Source: Minisyncoccota bacterium (GTDB lineage Bacteria; Patescibacteriota; Minisyncoccia; Phycocordibacterales; UBA918). Taken from it: DNA of 64,000 nucleotides. Position numbers and translations under genes: made by a program. A model generated the notes under the pieces. It was not told the origin of the DNA and searched no databases. It saw nothing but the letters and a program-made list of their open reading frames with translations. Position 1 is the stretch's first letter. Every line of letters starts with the position of its first letter. The stretch spans positions 25,120 through 89,119 of the forward strand of contig JAWKSQ010000003.1 in NCBI GenBank assembly GCA_041389045.1, in the 5' to 3' direction. Positions 9,793-19,857 of this stretch are shown here, piece by piece.

Positions 9793-10398
9793 ATGAAAAT
9801 TGGTCCAAAATTCAAAATCGCCAAACGCTTAGGCGCACCCATCTTTGAAAAAACGCAGACACAAAAGTTTGCTTTGTCTCAAGCTAGAGGTGGAAGACAG
9901 GTTCGCCGCGGTGGTCAGATGAGTGACTACAAACGTCAACTTATCGAAAAACAAAAAATGCGTTTTTCTTATGGTATTACCGAAAAGCAACTTCGCCGTT
10001 TTGTTGATGAAGCTATCAAGGCTGGACACCAACCTATCACTTCACTCATGGAGAGACTGGAATCACGTCTAGACAACACAATTTATCGTCTTGGTCTAAC
10101 AAAAACTAGACAACAAGCACGACAAGTAGTTGCTCATGGACACATTTTAGTTAACGGTAAAAAACTTTCTATCCCTTCACACAAGGTAAAAAGTGGTGAT
10201 GTTATTTCTGTTAGAGAGGGTAGTAAAACATCTGCCTTATTTAACCTGCTTGCAGATACTCATGAAGGAGCAGCTGTTCCCGCCTGGCTTACACTTGATA
10301 TTAAGAAATTATCAGCCAACGTGGTAGGAGTGCCGGTCTACAATCCAACCGAGACTCTCTTTGATCCGGAACTTGTAATGGAGTACTACAGTCGATAG
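9793..10398 (+). CDS. rpsD: 30S ribosomal protein S4
   Basis: S4 N-terminus (GPKFKIAKRLG) and S4 RNA-binding domain (RLDNTIYRLGLTKTRQQARQVVAHGHILVNGK). Confidence 0.9.
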   Translation: MKIGPKFKIAKRLGAPIFEKTQTQKFALSQARGGRQVRRGGQMSDYKRQLIEKQKMRFSYGITEKQLRRFVDEAIKAGHQPITSLMERLESRLDNTIYRLGLTKTRQQARQVVAHGHILVNGKKLSIPSHKVKSGDVISVREGSKTSALFNLLADTHEGAAVPAWLTLDIKKLSANVVGVPVYNPTETLFDPELVMEYYSR

Positions 10399-10430
10399 TC
10401 ACGAACTTATTAAGTGTAAATTGTAAAACT

Positions 10431-11390
10431 ATGTTAGAAATAAATGTAACATTACCGTCAAAGCCTAGAGTTGTCTCTGAAGACGAATTTAGAGGTGTAT
10501 TTGAAATCGATGGCCTATATCCAGGTTATGGTCATACACTTGGTAATTCACTTCGTCGAATTATCCTATCGTCTTTGCCAGGAGCGGCTATCACTCAAGT
10601 CAAGATTGAGGGTGTAGCACACGAGTTTAGCGCTATGGATGGTGTGCGCGAAGATGTGATCACGATACTACTAAACTTAAAGCGCGTACGCTTAAATCTA
10701 CATGGTGATGAACCAGTAAAGGTAACTCTAAAGAAGACGGGTCCTGGTATGGTGACGGCTGCTGACATCACTACTCCATCACAAGTAGAAATTCTAAATC
10801 CTGAACAACCAATTGCGGAAATTACGGCCAAGACAACACTCGAAATGGAAATTCTAGTTGAAAAAGGGCTAGGTTATGTACCGCGAGAAATCCACCAGAA
10901 AGATAAGGTTGAAATCGGCACAATTGCTATCGATGCTGTCTTTACTCCAATTAGACGAGCCAACTATGAGGTAGAAAATATGCGTGTTGGAGATAGAACT
11001 GACTATAACCGACTACGTGTTTCAATTGAGACTGACGGGACATTTACTCCAAGACAAGCACTTGAACAGTCTATTGAGATTATGGTACACCAGCTCAAAG
11101 CGGTAATTGGTTTCCAGGAGAATTACTCTAGTCCGGCTCCAGCTGTGGCTGAAGCTCAGGATTCTACTGAATCAGACGAACCAAATCCAGACGTACTGAA
11201 GACACGTATTGAAACACTAGACCTTTCAGCTCGCACTTTGCAAGCTTTGGAAACAGCTAGTATTCGTACTGTCGGTGGGCTTGTGCGAAAGAAAAAAGAT
11301 GATATTCTAGCCCTCGATGGCATTGGTCCAAAGGGACTGGATGAAATTGTCTCTTTACTAGAGAAAATGAACTTAAACCTCACTGATTAA
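10431..11390 (+). CDS. rpoA: DNA-directed RNA polymerase subunit alpha
   Basis: 319 aa. N-terminal dimerisation domain and C-terminal alpha-CTD (LDLSARTLQALE). Canonical position after rpsD. Confidence 0.9.
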   Translation: MLEINVTLPSKPRVVSEDEFRGVFEIDGLYPGYGHTLGNSLRRIILSSLPGAAITQVKIEGVAHEFSAMDGVREDVITILLNLKRVRLNLHGDEPVKVTLKKTGPGMVTAADITTPSQVEILNPEQPIAEITAKTTLEMEILVEKGLGYVPREIHQKDKVEIGTIAIDAVFTPIRRANYEVENMRVGDRTDYNRLRVSIETDGTFTPRQALEQSIEIMVHQLKAVIGFQENYSSPAPAVAEAQDSTESDEPNPDVLKTRIETLDLSARTLQALETASIRTVGGLVRKKKDDILALDGIGPKGLDEIVSLLEKMNLNLTD

Positions 11391-11396
11391 TTATTT

Positions 11397-11753
11397 ATGA
11401 GACACTCAAACAAAAACAGAACTCTCAGTCGCACGACTGGACAACGGACTGCACTCCTTAGAGGTTTGTCTGTTTCTTTAATCCGTGACGGAAAGATTCG
11501 TACAACTTTAGCAAAAGCCAAGGAACTACAACCGCGAATTGAGCGTTTAGTTACTTTTGCAAAAAAAGATACTATTGCTGCCAAGAGAACAGTAGCAAGC
11601 AGACTAGGTGAACCTACCTCGACTGTCGTCAATAAACTCTTTAAAGAGATCGCTCCTAAATATGAAGCCAGAAACGGTGGTTACACAAGAGTTATCAAGA
11701 TGGGTCGCATGCCATCAGGTCGCGAAGAAGCCGTAATTGAATTTGTAGAATAA
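11397..11753 (+). CDS. rplQ: 50S ribosomal protein L17
   Basis: MRHSNKNRTLSRTTGQRTALLRGL L17 signature, directly after rpoA. Confidence 0.9.
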   Translation: MRHSNKNRTLSRTTGQRTALLRGLSVSLIRDGKIRTTLAKAKELQPRIERLVTFAKKDTIAAKRTVASRLGEPTSTVVNKLFKEIAPKYEARNGGYTRVIKMGRMPSGREEAVIEFVE

Positions 11754-11758
11754 TTTAT

Positions 11759-12121
11759 ATGACAACACCAGCAACAACAACTACATACAGTATAGACGCC
11801 AAAGGTAAGCGTCTTGGTAAACTAGCTACTGAAGCGGCTTCTGTTCTCATGGGTAAAAATTCAACCAGCTTTGCTAAACACACCATTGAAGACGTTAAGG
11901 TAGAAATATCTAACGTCAGTCAGATGGATATCACTGAACGAAAGGGTACTGAAATCTATCAGTCTTATTCAGGCTATCCAGGTGGACGAAAGACTGAGAC
12001 ACTTGACCACCTAGCCACTAGACGTGGTTATGCAGAAGTGGTTAGACGAACGATTGGTGGCATGCTTCCAAACAACAAACTTAAGAAGCACTTATTAAAA
12101 AACCTAGTAATCTCTGAATAA
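11759..12121 (+). CDS. rplM: 50S ribosomal protein L13
   Basis: L13 fold signature (KGKRLGKLATEAASVLMGKN ... GGMLPNNKL). The rplM-rpsI pairing is conserved. Confidence 0.85.
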   Translation: MTTPATTTTYSIDAKGKRLGKLATEAASVLMGKNSTSFAKHTIEDVKVEISNVSQMDITERKGTEIYQSYSGYPGGRKTETLDHLATRRGYAEVVRRTIGGMLPNNKLKKHLLKNLVISE

Positions 12122-12125
12122 CTTT

Positions 12126-12536
12126 ATGGCTACTGCAAAGAATCAAGCCTACATTGAAGGCATCGGAAGACGTAAGACTGCTACTGCTCGCGTACGACTA
12201 ACGCCAGCCAAGGAGACTACTATTGTTATCAATAACAAGCCTCTTGAGGAGTACTTTATTCATGTTGCTCTACAAAAGAATCTCCAATCAGTTTTAGATA
12301 CTAAAGAAGCTGGGATTGAAAATTACGCTATTACTGTCAAAGTGTTAGGTGGTGGTATCTCTGCACAGTCAGACGCTATTAAACTAGGTATTGCCCGTGC
12401 CCTAGTTCTAGAAAAAGCTGACCGACGTATTCCTCTTAAGCGTGAAGGTTACCTCAAACGAGACCAACGATCAGTTGAACGTAAGAAGTTCGGACTTAGA
12501 AAGGCTCGCAAGCGACCAGCCTGGTCAAAGCGTTAA
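12126..12536 (+). CDS. rpsI: 30S ribosomal protein S9
   Basis: Typical S9 with C-terminal KRPAWSKR. Confidence 0.9.
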   Translation: MATAKNQAYIEGIGRRKTATARVRLTPAKETTIVINNKPLEEYFIHVALQKNLQSVLDTKEAGIENYAITVKVLGGGISAQSDAIKLGIARALVLEKADRRIPLKREGYLKRDQRSVERKKFGLRKARKRPAWSKR

Positions 12537-12542
12537 TCACAA

Positions 12543-12568
12543 AAAAGCTCCCTTTGGGGAGCTTTTTT
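12543..12568 (+). terminator. rho-independent terminator after rpsI
   Basis: An 8-bp GC-rich stem (AAGCTCCC / GGGAGCTT) with a 4-nt loop, followed by T6. Confidence 0.6.
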
Positions 12569-12595
12569 GACAAAGTTGTTTTTCAAATTTATAAT
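12567..12595 (+). promoter_or_regulatory. consensus sigma-70 promoter (TTGACA-N17-TATAAT) for grpE-dnaK-dnaJ
   Basis: Both hexamers match the consensus exactly, with a 17-nt spacer. The first base overlaps the T-run of the rpsI terminator. Confidence 0.55.
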
Positions 12596-12601
12596 ACAAT
12601 T

Positions 12602-13210
12602 ATGGTGAATAAAAATAATAACGAAGACATTCAGGACGACATTGAAATCACCACGGAAATACCTGAAACTAAGGACATTGATATTGAAACAATTGAAGAA
12701 CTGGAGGCAGAGTCAATTTCTGCTGTAAAGAAAAGATTAAAAGTAATTGAGGAGGAAAAGAAGAACTTACAAGACGAATTACAAAGAGCTAAAGCAGACT
12801 TCCTAAACGCTCGTAAACGACTCGAGGATGAAAGAAAGAGGGAATACGGTAGGACAGTCGTTGGATTTATTGAAGAACTCTTACCGGTCTGCGACAGCTT
12901 CCATATGGCCATGTCTGACAAAGAGACTTGGGCCAAAGCCGACGCCAACTGGCGCAAAGGTGTCGAAGGTATCTATGCGCAATTGCAAAATTTGCTTAGT
13001 ACTTACCGCGTTTCAATGATTAACCCCAAAGGTGAAGCCTTTGACCCGCAAAGACACGAAGCAATTACTTCAGTACCAGTAGACAGTAAAGAAGCGCACG
13101 ATACGGTGACAGAAGTTATCCAGCCAGGCTATCAGATAACCCATCACGACAACACGATTGATCTAGTCAGACCGGCTCGAGTAGCAATTGGAAATTTTGA
13201 ATCAAAATAA
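12602..13210 (+). CDS. grpE: nucleotide exchange factor GrpE
   Basis: Coiled-coil N-terminus, then the GrpE C-terminal beta-domain (VIQPGYQITHHDNTIDLVRPARVAIG). The start is taken at ATG 12602, because the longer ORF-track start overlaps the terminator. Confidence 0.85.
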   Translation: MVNKNNNEDIQDDIEITTEIPETKDIDIETIEELEAESISAVKKRLKVIEEEKKNLQDELQRAKADFLNARKRLEDERKREYGRTVVGFIEELLPVCDSFHMAMSDKETWAKADANWRKGVEGIYAQLQNLLSTYRVSMINPKGEAFDPQRHEAITSVPVDSKEAHDTVTEVIQPGYQITHHDNTIDLVRPARVAIGNFESK

Positions 13211-13225
13211 TAATTAATTTAAACT

Positions 13226-15127
13226 ATGGCAAAAATACTTGGAATTGACCTTGGAACAACAAACTCTGCAATCGCAATTATTGAAGCGGGTGAACCAACC
13301 ATTATCGAAAACAGTGAAGGTAATCGTACCACTCCGTCAATTGTAGCGATCTCTAAGACTAACGAACGTTTAGTTGGTCAAATTGCAAAGAGACAAGCAG
13401 TAACCAATCCTACTAACACTATTTATGGCATTAAGCGCTTCATGGGGCACACCTTTGAAGAAGAGGCTGTGCAAAAGGATAAAAATATAGTGCCTTACGA
13501 AGTAAAGAAGGGTAGTGACGGTGGTGCTGTGGTCACTATGGGTGGGAAGGACTACCGACCGGAAGAAGTATCGGCTATGATCCTGTCTAAACTTAAAGCT
13601 GACGCTGAGGCTAAATTGGGTGAAAAAATTACTGAAGCAGTAATTACTGTACCAGCCTACTTTAACGACACACAGCGCAAGGCTACCCAAGACGCTGGAA
13701 AGATTGCTGGCCTAGATGTTAAAAGAATCATCAACGAACCAACGGCCGCTGCCTTGGCTTATGGCTTCAATAAAAAGAAAGACGAGAAAATTGTCGTCTA
13801 TGACTTCGGTGGTGGTACTTTTGACGTTACGGTACTTGAAGTAGGGGACGATGTAGTGGAAGTACAATCAACCGACGGTGACGCACATATGGGAGGACGA
13901 GATATTGACCAAAGTATTGTTCGCCACCTAATTTCAGAGTTTAAAAAGAGCGAAGGTATTGACCTATCGAAAGACAAGCTAGCTCTGCAAAGACTCGACG
14001 AGGCTGCGGAGAAAGCTAAACACGAACTTTCATCGACCACTGAAACCGATGTAAATATTCCCTTTATTTCTTCTGACGCCGAGGGACCTAAACACCTTTT
14101 GATAAAGCTCTCACGAGCCAAACTAGAAGAATTGGCACATGAGTTCGTTGACAAATCTATCGAGATTACCAAACGAGCACTCGAAGCCTCAGGCCTACAA
14201 AAAGGCGAGATTGATGAAATTATCCTGGTAGGTGGACAAACTCGCATGCCAGCTATCCAGAAGGCCGTTAAAGAGCTCTTTGGTAAGGATCCTAATAAAA
14301 CTATCAATCCTGACGAAGTAGTAGCCCTTGGTGCCGCTATCCAAGCTGGTATCTTCCAAGGTGACGTCCAAGACATTACCCTAGTCGATGTTATTCCTCT
14401 ATCACTCGGTATCGAGACTATGGGTGGAGTCAATACAAAGTTGATTGAAAAGAATACTCATATTCCAACTAAGAAACAACAAGTATTTTCTACTGCAGCA
14501 GACAATCAAACTTCAACTGAAATCCACATCGTGCAAGGAGAAAGACCAATGGCGAGTGACAATAAGTCATTAGGTAAGTTTGTGTTAGATGGTATTCCAC
14601 CCGCACCACGTGGAGTACCACAAGTAGAAGTCACCTTCGACGTCGATAGTAACGGTGTCCTTAACGTCACAGCTAAAGACAAAGCAACTGGTAAAGCTCA
14701 GTCAATTAAGATAGAAGCTAGCTCGGGACTTACTGAAGAAGACATAGAGAAAATGAAAAAGGAAGCTGAAGATCATGCTAGTGAAGATGAAAAAAAGAAA
14801 GAGTTAATTGAAGCACGTAACCAAGCTGAACAACTCTTGTATACAGCTGAGAAATCCGTCAAGGAACATGGCGAGAAAGTTCCCGTCGAAACTAAGGCCG
14901 AAATTGAAACAAAAATTTCTGACCTAAAGACGGCTACTGAAAAAGATGACAAGGGTGACATTGTGACAAAAACTGAAGCCCTTTCTACTTCACTACAAAA
15001 AATTGGTGAATTGATACAAAAAGCGGCCGAAGCTTCAGCAGAAAAAAAGGAGGAACCGACTACAGAAACTAAAGACGAAACAGTCCGGGACGCAGACGTA
15101 ACCAATGACGATTCCGACAAGAAGTAG
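13226..15127 (+). CDS. dnaK: molecular chaperone DnaK (Hsp70)
   Basis: [17 protein letters not shown] and [10 protein letters not shown] motifs. 633 aa. Confidence 0.95.
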   Translation: MAKILGIDLGTTNSAIAIIEAGEPTIIENSEGNRTTPSIVAISKTNERLVGQIAKRQAVTNPTNTIYGIKRFMGHTFEEEAVQKDKNIVPYEVKKGSDGGAVVTMGGKDYRPEEVSAMILSKLKADAEAKLGEKITEAVITVPAYFNDTQRKATQDAGKIAGLDVKRIINEPTAAALAYGFNKKKDEKIVVYDFGGGTFDVTVLEVGDDVVEVQSTDGDAHMGGRDIDQSIVRHLISEFKKSEGIDLSKDKLALQRLDEAAEKAKHELSSTTETDVNIPFISSDAEGPKHLLIKLSRAKLEELAHEFVDKSIEITKRALEASGLQKGEIDEIILVGGQTRMPAIQKAVKELFGKDPNKTINPDEVVALGAAIQAGIFQGDVQDITLVDVIPLSLGIETMGGVNTKLIEKNTHIPTKKQQVFSTAADNQTSTEIHIVQGERPMASDNKSLGKFVLDGIPPAPRGVPQVEVTFDVDSNGVLNVTAKDKATGKAQSIKIEASSGLTEEDIEKMKKEAEDHASEDEKKKELIEARNQAEQLLYTAEKSVKEHGEKVPVETKAEIETKISDLKTATEKDDKGDIVTKTEALSTSLQKIGELIQKAAEASAEKKEEPTTETKDETVRDADVTNDDSDKK

Positions 15128-15205
15128 TCTCTCGGCCACACCTTTCCTTTGTAGGCTAAAAATGGCATAATCGAAGAAATTTAGTAGTTTATAGCTTGAA
15201 TACTC

Positions 15206-16268
15206 ATGAATGATTACTATAAAGTCCTCGGGCTAGAAAAAGGTGCTTCAAAAGAAGAGGTGAAGAAGGCTTTTCGTAAGCTTGCTTCACAGTATCATCC
15301 AGACAAAAAGACCGGTGACGAAGCAAAGTACAAGGAAATCACTGAAGCTTATGCTGTCCTCGGTGATGAGAAAAAGAAAGCTGAGTATGATAGTTACGGT
15401 CACGCCTTTAATGGTGGTGGAGGAGGAGGTCAAGCTGGATTTAATTGGGCAGACTTTGCTGGACAAGGTGGTTTCAACGGTCAAGGTTTTGAATTTGATA
15501 TCAACGATATCTTTCAAAACTTTGGCTTCGGGGGCGGTCAAGCTCGTTCCCCACGTGGACGTGATATCTCTATCGAAATAAACCTTAACTTTAAGGAGTC
15601 TATTTTTGGTGCTACCAGAGGTCTTGGTAACCAAAAACTCTGCCTGCACAGACTGTAAAGGTACTGGAGCAAAGAATGGCACCAGTATGACTAGTTGTGC
15701 TACTTGTGGTGGTAACGGTAAGGTACGTGAGACCAGACAAAGCATTATGGGTAGCTTCACCACCGTACGAGAATGTAATGTTTGCAATGGTCTAGGAGAA
15801 ATTCCAAAAGAAAAGTGTCCACACTGTGCCGGCGCAGGTATTAAACGATCACAAGAAGAGATTACTATTAAAGTTCCAGCGGGCATAGAAAACGGTGAAG
15901 TAATCCGTATGACCGGACGTGGCGAAGCCATCCCTAATGGTCAACCTGGTGATCTTTACATCAAGGTTCATGTCGAAGCTGACAAGTATATTCGTCGAGA
16001 AGGGGCAACTCTGATCACCACCTTACCAATTAAGCTAACCGACGCTATCTTGGGTAGTACCTATAAAGTTGCCACCATGGATGGTAGCATCGACGTCAAA
16101 ATACCAGCCGGCATTAGTCACGGTGAATTACTACGAGTTAAAGACAAAGGTGTGCCAACTGATCGGGGTAGAGGAGACTTTATGATAAAGATATCAATCG
16201 AGATTCCTAAAAAACTTTCCCGCACAGCTGAAAAGCTTATCAAAGAGCTACGAGAGGAAGGAGTCTAG
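15206..16268 (+). CDS. dnaJ: chaperone DnaJ, interrupted by a single-base frameshift near 15615-15625
   Basis: ORF 15206-15658 carries the J domain (YHPDKK) and G/F region. ORF 15606-16268 in the adjacent frame carries the CxxCxGxG zinc fingers and the C-terminal domains. The two join at IFGAT/EVLVTK. Confidence 0.85.
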
Positions 16269-16343
16269 TATTTTCACTTATCCAGACATAAGCCAAATAG
16301 GCGGTCACAATTAAGTTACAAAAGAATATAATAGATAGACGAC

Positions 16344-16828
16344 ATGGATTTTACTGTTATATTTCATTACGTGACTGAATTTGCCTATGTACTGATAATA
16401 TTTGGTACCCTTTTAATCTGGGCCATTTGGGTTGGTCGGCAATCCTTGATAAACATTGTTTGTAGTGTATACGTGACAACGTTATTGTTTTCTCATTTCA
16501 ATTTGTTTGAGGCTCTTGTCAGTGATTTAGGTAAACCACTCATCATCTCTGGAGCTAAGATTGGTACCTTTATCGTCATTAGTGTTTTAATTACCAAAAT
16601 CTTTAAAAAGATAATGCCTCGAGAATATGCTGAGAATAAATTTGAAAGCCTTGGTAAAAAATATTACTTGCTCTCGGCGCCACTGTACTGATTACTTCCA
16701 TCAGTCTAACCTTATTACCAGTAGCAGACTTCATTACTCCAAACACTTTTATCCTAAACACCTTTTCTAATCCGGAACTATTTTTCTGGTGGTTACTTCT
16801 ACCGCTTATAGCTTTGGCTATTAATTAA
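16344..16828 (+). CDS. hypothetical polytopic membrane protein, frameshifted in the A6 run at 16657-16662
   Basis: ORF 16344-16691 continues without a stop in the adjacent frame (ILLALGATVLITSISLTLLPVADF...LLLPLIALAIN) to TAA at 16828. The whole product is hydrophobic. Confidence 0.4.
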
Positions 16829-16946
16829 CACCTAAACGAAATAAAAAAAATGTATGATGTTAAAATGTAAGCTCAGTTACTCATTAAACTAAAAGCTGCC
16901 ATTTACAATATTTTGTTCAAATTAATTAAATAATTAAATCTGAACT

Positions 16947-17913
16947 TTGACTATTCCACTCTTTCCAAATTTTAAGCCTCTCGAATTGTCTGACCGGCCC
17001 GCCATTGTAGCTTATACAAATCGTTATAAGCCTTATTCTGATTTTAACTTTACTAACTTGTGGGCTTGGGACACTTTATCGAGCCGTAAAATTTCAATAC
17101 TAAATAATAATCTAGTCATCTTATTTACTGATTATCGTACCACTGAACCTTTTCTATCTTTTCTTGGTACTAATGAAGTAAATGAAACCGCACTAACCTT
17201 AATCGATTACGCAAACAAGTCAGGTTACACAAACACTCTACATTTCATCATTGAAGACATTGCCACACTGCTTCGTGACCATAGACTTAAGGTGGTTGAA
17301 GAGATCTCTAATTTTGATTACATATTTTCAACTCACCAACTTGCTGAGTCTTCTGAACCTAAGTTAAAAACAAAAAAGAAAAGTTAGCGACACATTTTAT
17401 TAAAAAATATCCAGAGCTAAATTAACTATTACAGATTTCACTAAGGCATATATCCATGACCAAATTTTGGACATTTTGTACTGTTGGAAAAGGAATAAGG
17501 AAGTGACCAATAAATCATGTGATATCACGCACGAAGAAATTGCCCTCAAAAGGTTGTTTCAAACCGCCCATAATCACAATGTCATCTTGTCGTGCTTGTA
17601 TGTTGATAATAAAATGATCGGTTTTAGCATTGATGAAATACTTGATGAAGGTTACGCCATATCACACTTTATCAAAGGTGATATAAATTATCGTGGTGTT
17701 TATGAATACATGAACGTCGAAGTGGCTCAACAGTTATTGATCTCAGGTGCAAAATTTTGGAATTGGGAACAAGATCTAAACTTAGAGGGACTACGACAAC
17801 TTAAAATTAGCTATAACCCAATCAACCATCTAAAAAGTATCGTGTTACCAGATCCTCAGCCGGTGGTGCGTAACATGAAAAGCTGTTTAAACATTATTAT
17901 ATACTTAGAATAA
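16947..17913 (+). CDS. hypothetical protein split into two ORFs (16947-17387 and 17404/17467-17913); possibly a DUF2156-like domain
   Basis: Two adjacent same-strand ORFs of about 146 and 148 aa. Frame 1 is open from 17404 with no start codon, and A-rich homopolymers lie between the ORFs. The family assignment is tentative. Confidence 0.3.
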
Positions 17914-17915
17914 AT

Positions 17916-18829
17916 ATGACCTGGTTTTTCATCACTCTCATCGCACCCTTTATCTATGCAATGACGAATCACATAGATAAAATTCTTCTTGAAAAATACT
18001 TCAAGGAAAGTGGGGTAGGGACCTTGATACTTTTCTCCTCCTTGTTGTCAATCATCGCTTTACCGATTATCTACTTTAGTGACCCCAACGTCTAGGTGTC
18101 GGACTTACTAATATCCTAATATTGGCCGCCATTGGTTTCTTGAATGTTTTAGTCTTATGGTTTTATTTGTTAGCTCTTCAGGACGAGGAAGCCTCAATTG
18201 CCATAGTTTTTTATCAATTAGTGCCAGTCATTGCCTTGGTACTTGGTTATTACATACTTGATGAAGTGATCACCAAAATTGAGTTAATCGGTATGGCAAT
18301 TGTCATCCTTGGTACTTCCATTATTGCGTTTGAAATTGACGCCGAAAATAATTTCAAACTAAAAGGGAAGACAGCTATTTATATGACTTTGGCTTCGTTC
18401 TTTTGGGCATTAGAATCAGTAATTTTTAAAGCTGTAGCTTTAGAAGAAAATGTCTGGCGCTCATTATTCTGGGAACATGTCATGTTAGTTTTGGTAGGAA
18501 TAGTAATATTTATCTTTGTTAGATCGTACCGCGAAAATTTCTTACTAGCAATTAAAACAAATTCTAAGGCCATCCTCGGACTTAATGTAGCCAATGAGAG
18601 TCTTTACATGTCTGGTAACATTCTCTTTGCCTTCGCTTATTTATGGGCACCAATAGCTCTAATCTTATTACTTAACTCATTTCAACCAATTTTTGTTTTA
18701 GCCATTGGTATATTTTTAACTATCTTCTTTCCTAAAATCACTGCCGAAAAAATTCACGCTACGAATTTGTGGCAAAAAATTATTGCTATCATCATAACCG
18801 GTATTGGTACCTATCTACTGTTAATGTAG
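17916..18829 (+). CDS. EamA/DMT-family transporter, frameshifted near 18085-18095 (C4 run)
   Basis: The first two TM helices (MTWFFITLIAPFIYAMTNHIDKILLEK...) are in one frame. The remaining eight helices are in ORF 18122-18829. They join at YFSDP / GVGLTNILILAAIG. Confidence 0.6.
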
Positions 18830-18875
18830 ATAGGTATTGTTACTTTTAATTATTAATAATTTTAATATTCAATTT

Positions 18876-19409
18876 ATGAAACATAAATTTTATTGGTTAA
18901 ATCCAAAACTTAAAGTTACCAAGACAAAGAAATATGGGTACGGTACCTTCGCGAAGCAAGATGTAAATAAGGGCGAAAGATTACTGGTCTTAAGTGGTTA
19001 TGTTATGAGACTACAAGACGAAGAAAAACTACCAGGCAGCTTAAGTGATAATGGTATACAAATAACAGAAGATCTTTCCATTTGTGTTTCTACTGAGAAG
19101 GAATTGGGTGGTATTAACTACTTTAATCATAGTTGCGACCCGAATGCAGGAATTAAAGGACAAATTTTTTTAGTAGCAATGAAAAAAATTCCAGCTGGGC
19201 AAGAGGTGACATTTGATTACGCAATGACACTGTGTCAATCCAAAAATGCTAAACCTTACCATTTGGAATGTCTTTGCGGTAAAAGAAACTGTCGAAAGAT
19301 TATTACTGATAGTGACTGGGAAAATACTGCCTTACAAAAAAAATACGATGGTTACTTCCAATATTATATTCAAGAAAAAATAGATAGGAAAAAGACTCGT
19401 AAAAAGTAA
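18876..19409 (+). CDS. SET-domain protein (putative protein-lysine methyltransferase)
   Basis: NHSCDPN and EVTFDY SET motifs plus a post-SET Cys cluster (CLCGKRNC). The start is taken at ATG 18876. Confidence 0.6.
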   Translation: MKHKFYWLNPKLKVTKTKKYGYGTFAKQDVNKGERLLVLSGYVMRLQDEEKLPGSLSDNGIQITEDLSICVSTEKELGGINYFNHSCDPNAGIKGQIFLVAMKKIPAGQEVTFDYAMTLCQSKNAKPYHLECLCGKRNCRKIITDSDWENTALQKKYDGYFQYYIQEKIDRKKTRKK

Positions 19410-19491
19410 TTACTTTTTACGAATATAGATGCACAACTAAGCATGTCTCTTTAGCTACTACTTTGATATAATCTTTAGAAGTAATGGCGAC

Positions 19492-19857
19492 ATGAAATTT
19501 AAAGAACACTTTTTATTGTATACGTTAATACCCTTAAGCATTTTGTTCGTTGCGGCTTCGTACGTAAGATTTATAGTTACTTACGACTATATGGTTACTT
19601 ATGAAGCTGACTGTAATCCTGATGAACAAAGTTGCTTTATAGGATGTCTTGATGATGAGTGTACCGAAGAATATTATTATTATAATATTACAAAAGAAGC
19701 ATCAAACCTTAATAAACAATGTGGTAAGGATATTACTGATTGCGAAAATGCGTATATTTGCTTAGAAGATGATCAAGATAGCTGTGTAATAACTTACTGT
19801 CAACCAGAATTGGGTGACTTAGAATGCGCTCACTATAAATCTTTAGATACTATATGA
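19492..19857 (+). CDS. hypothetical membrane-anchored, acidic, Cys-rich small protein
   Basis: N-terminal TM helix followed by about 90 aa containing 10 Cys and many D/E residues. The stop overlaps the start of the sensor kinase. Confidence 0.4.
   Translation: MKFKEHFLLYTLIPLSILFVAASYVRFIVTYDYMVTYEADCNPDEQSCFIGCLDDECTEEYYYYNITKEASNLNKQCGKDITDCENAYICLEDDQDSCVITYCQPELGDLECAHYKSLDTI

Noticed and set aside
13798-14433. 211-aa minus-strand ORF, and also 14773-15168 and 13370-13690
   Set aside because: They lie entirely antisense inside dnaK, have low-complexity Ser/Pro-rich translations and no expression signals. They are spurious shadows of a GC3-biased gene.
15287-15931. 214-aa minus-strand ORF and the 99-aa plus-strand ORF 15282-15581
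   Set aside because: Antisense or alternate frame within dnaJ. No motifs.
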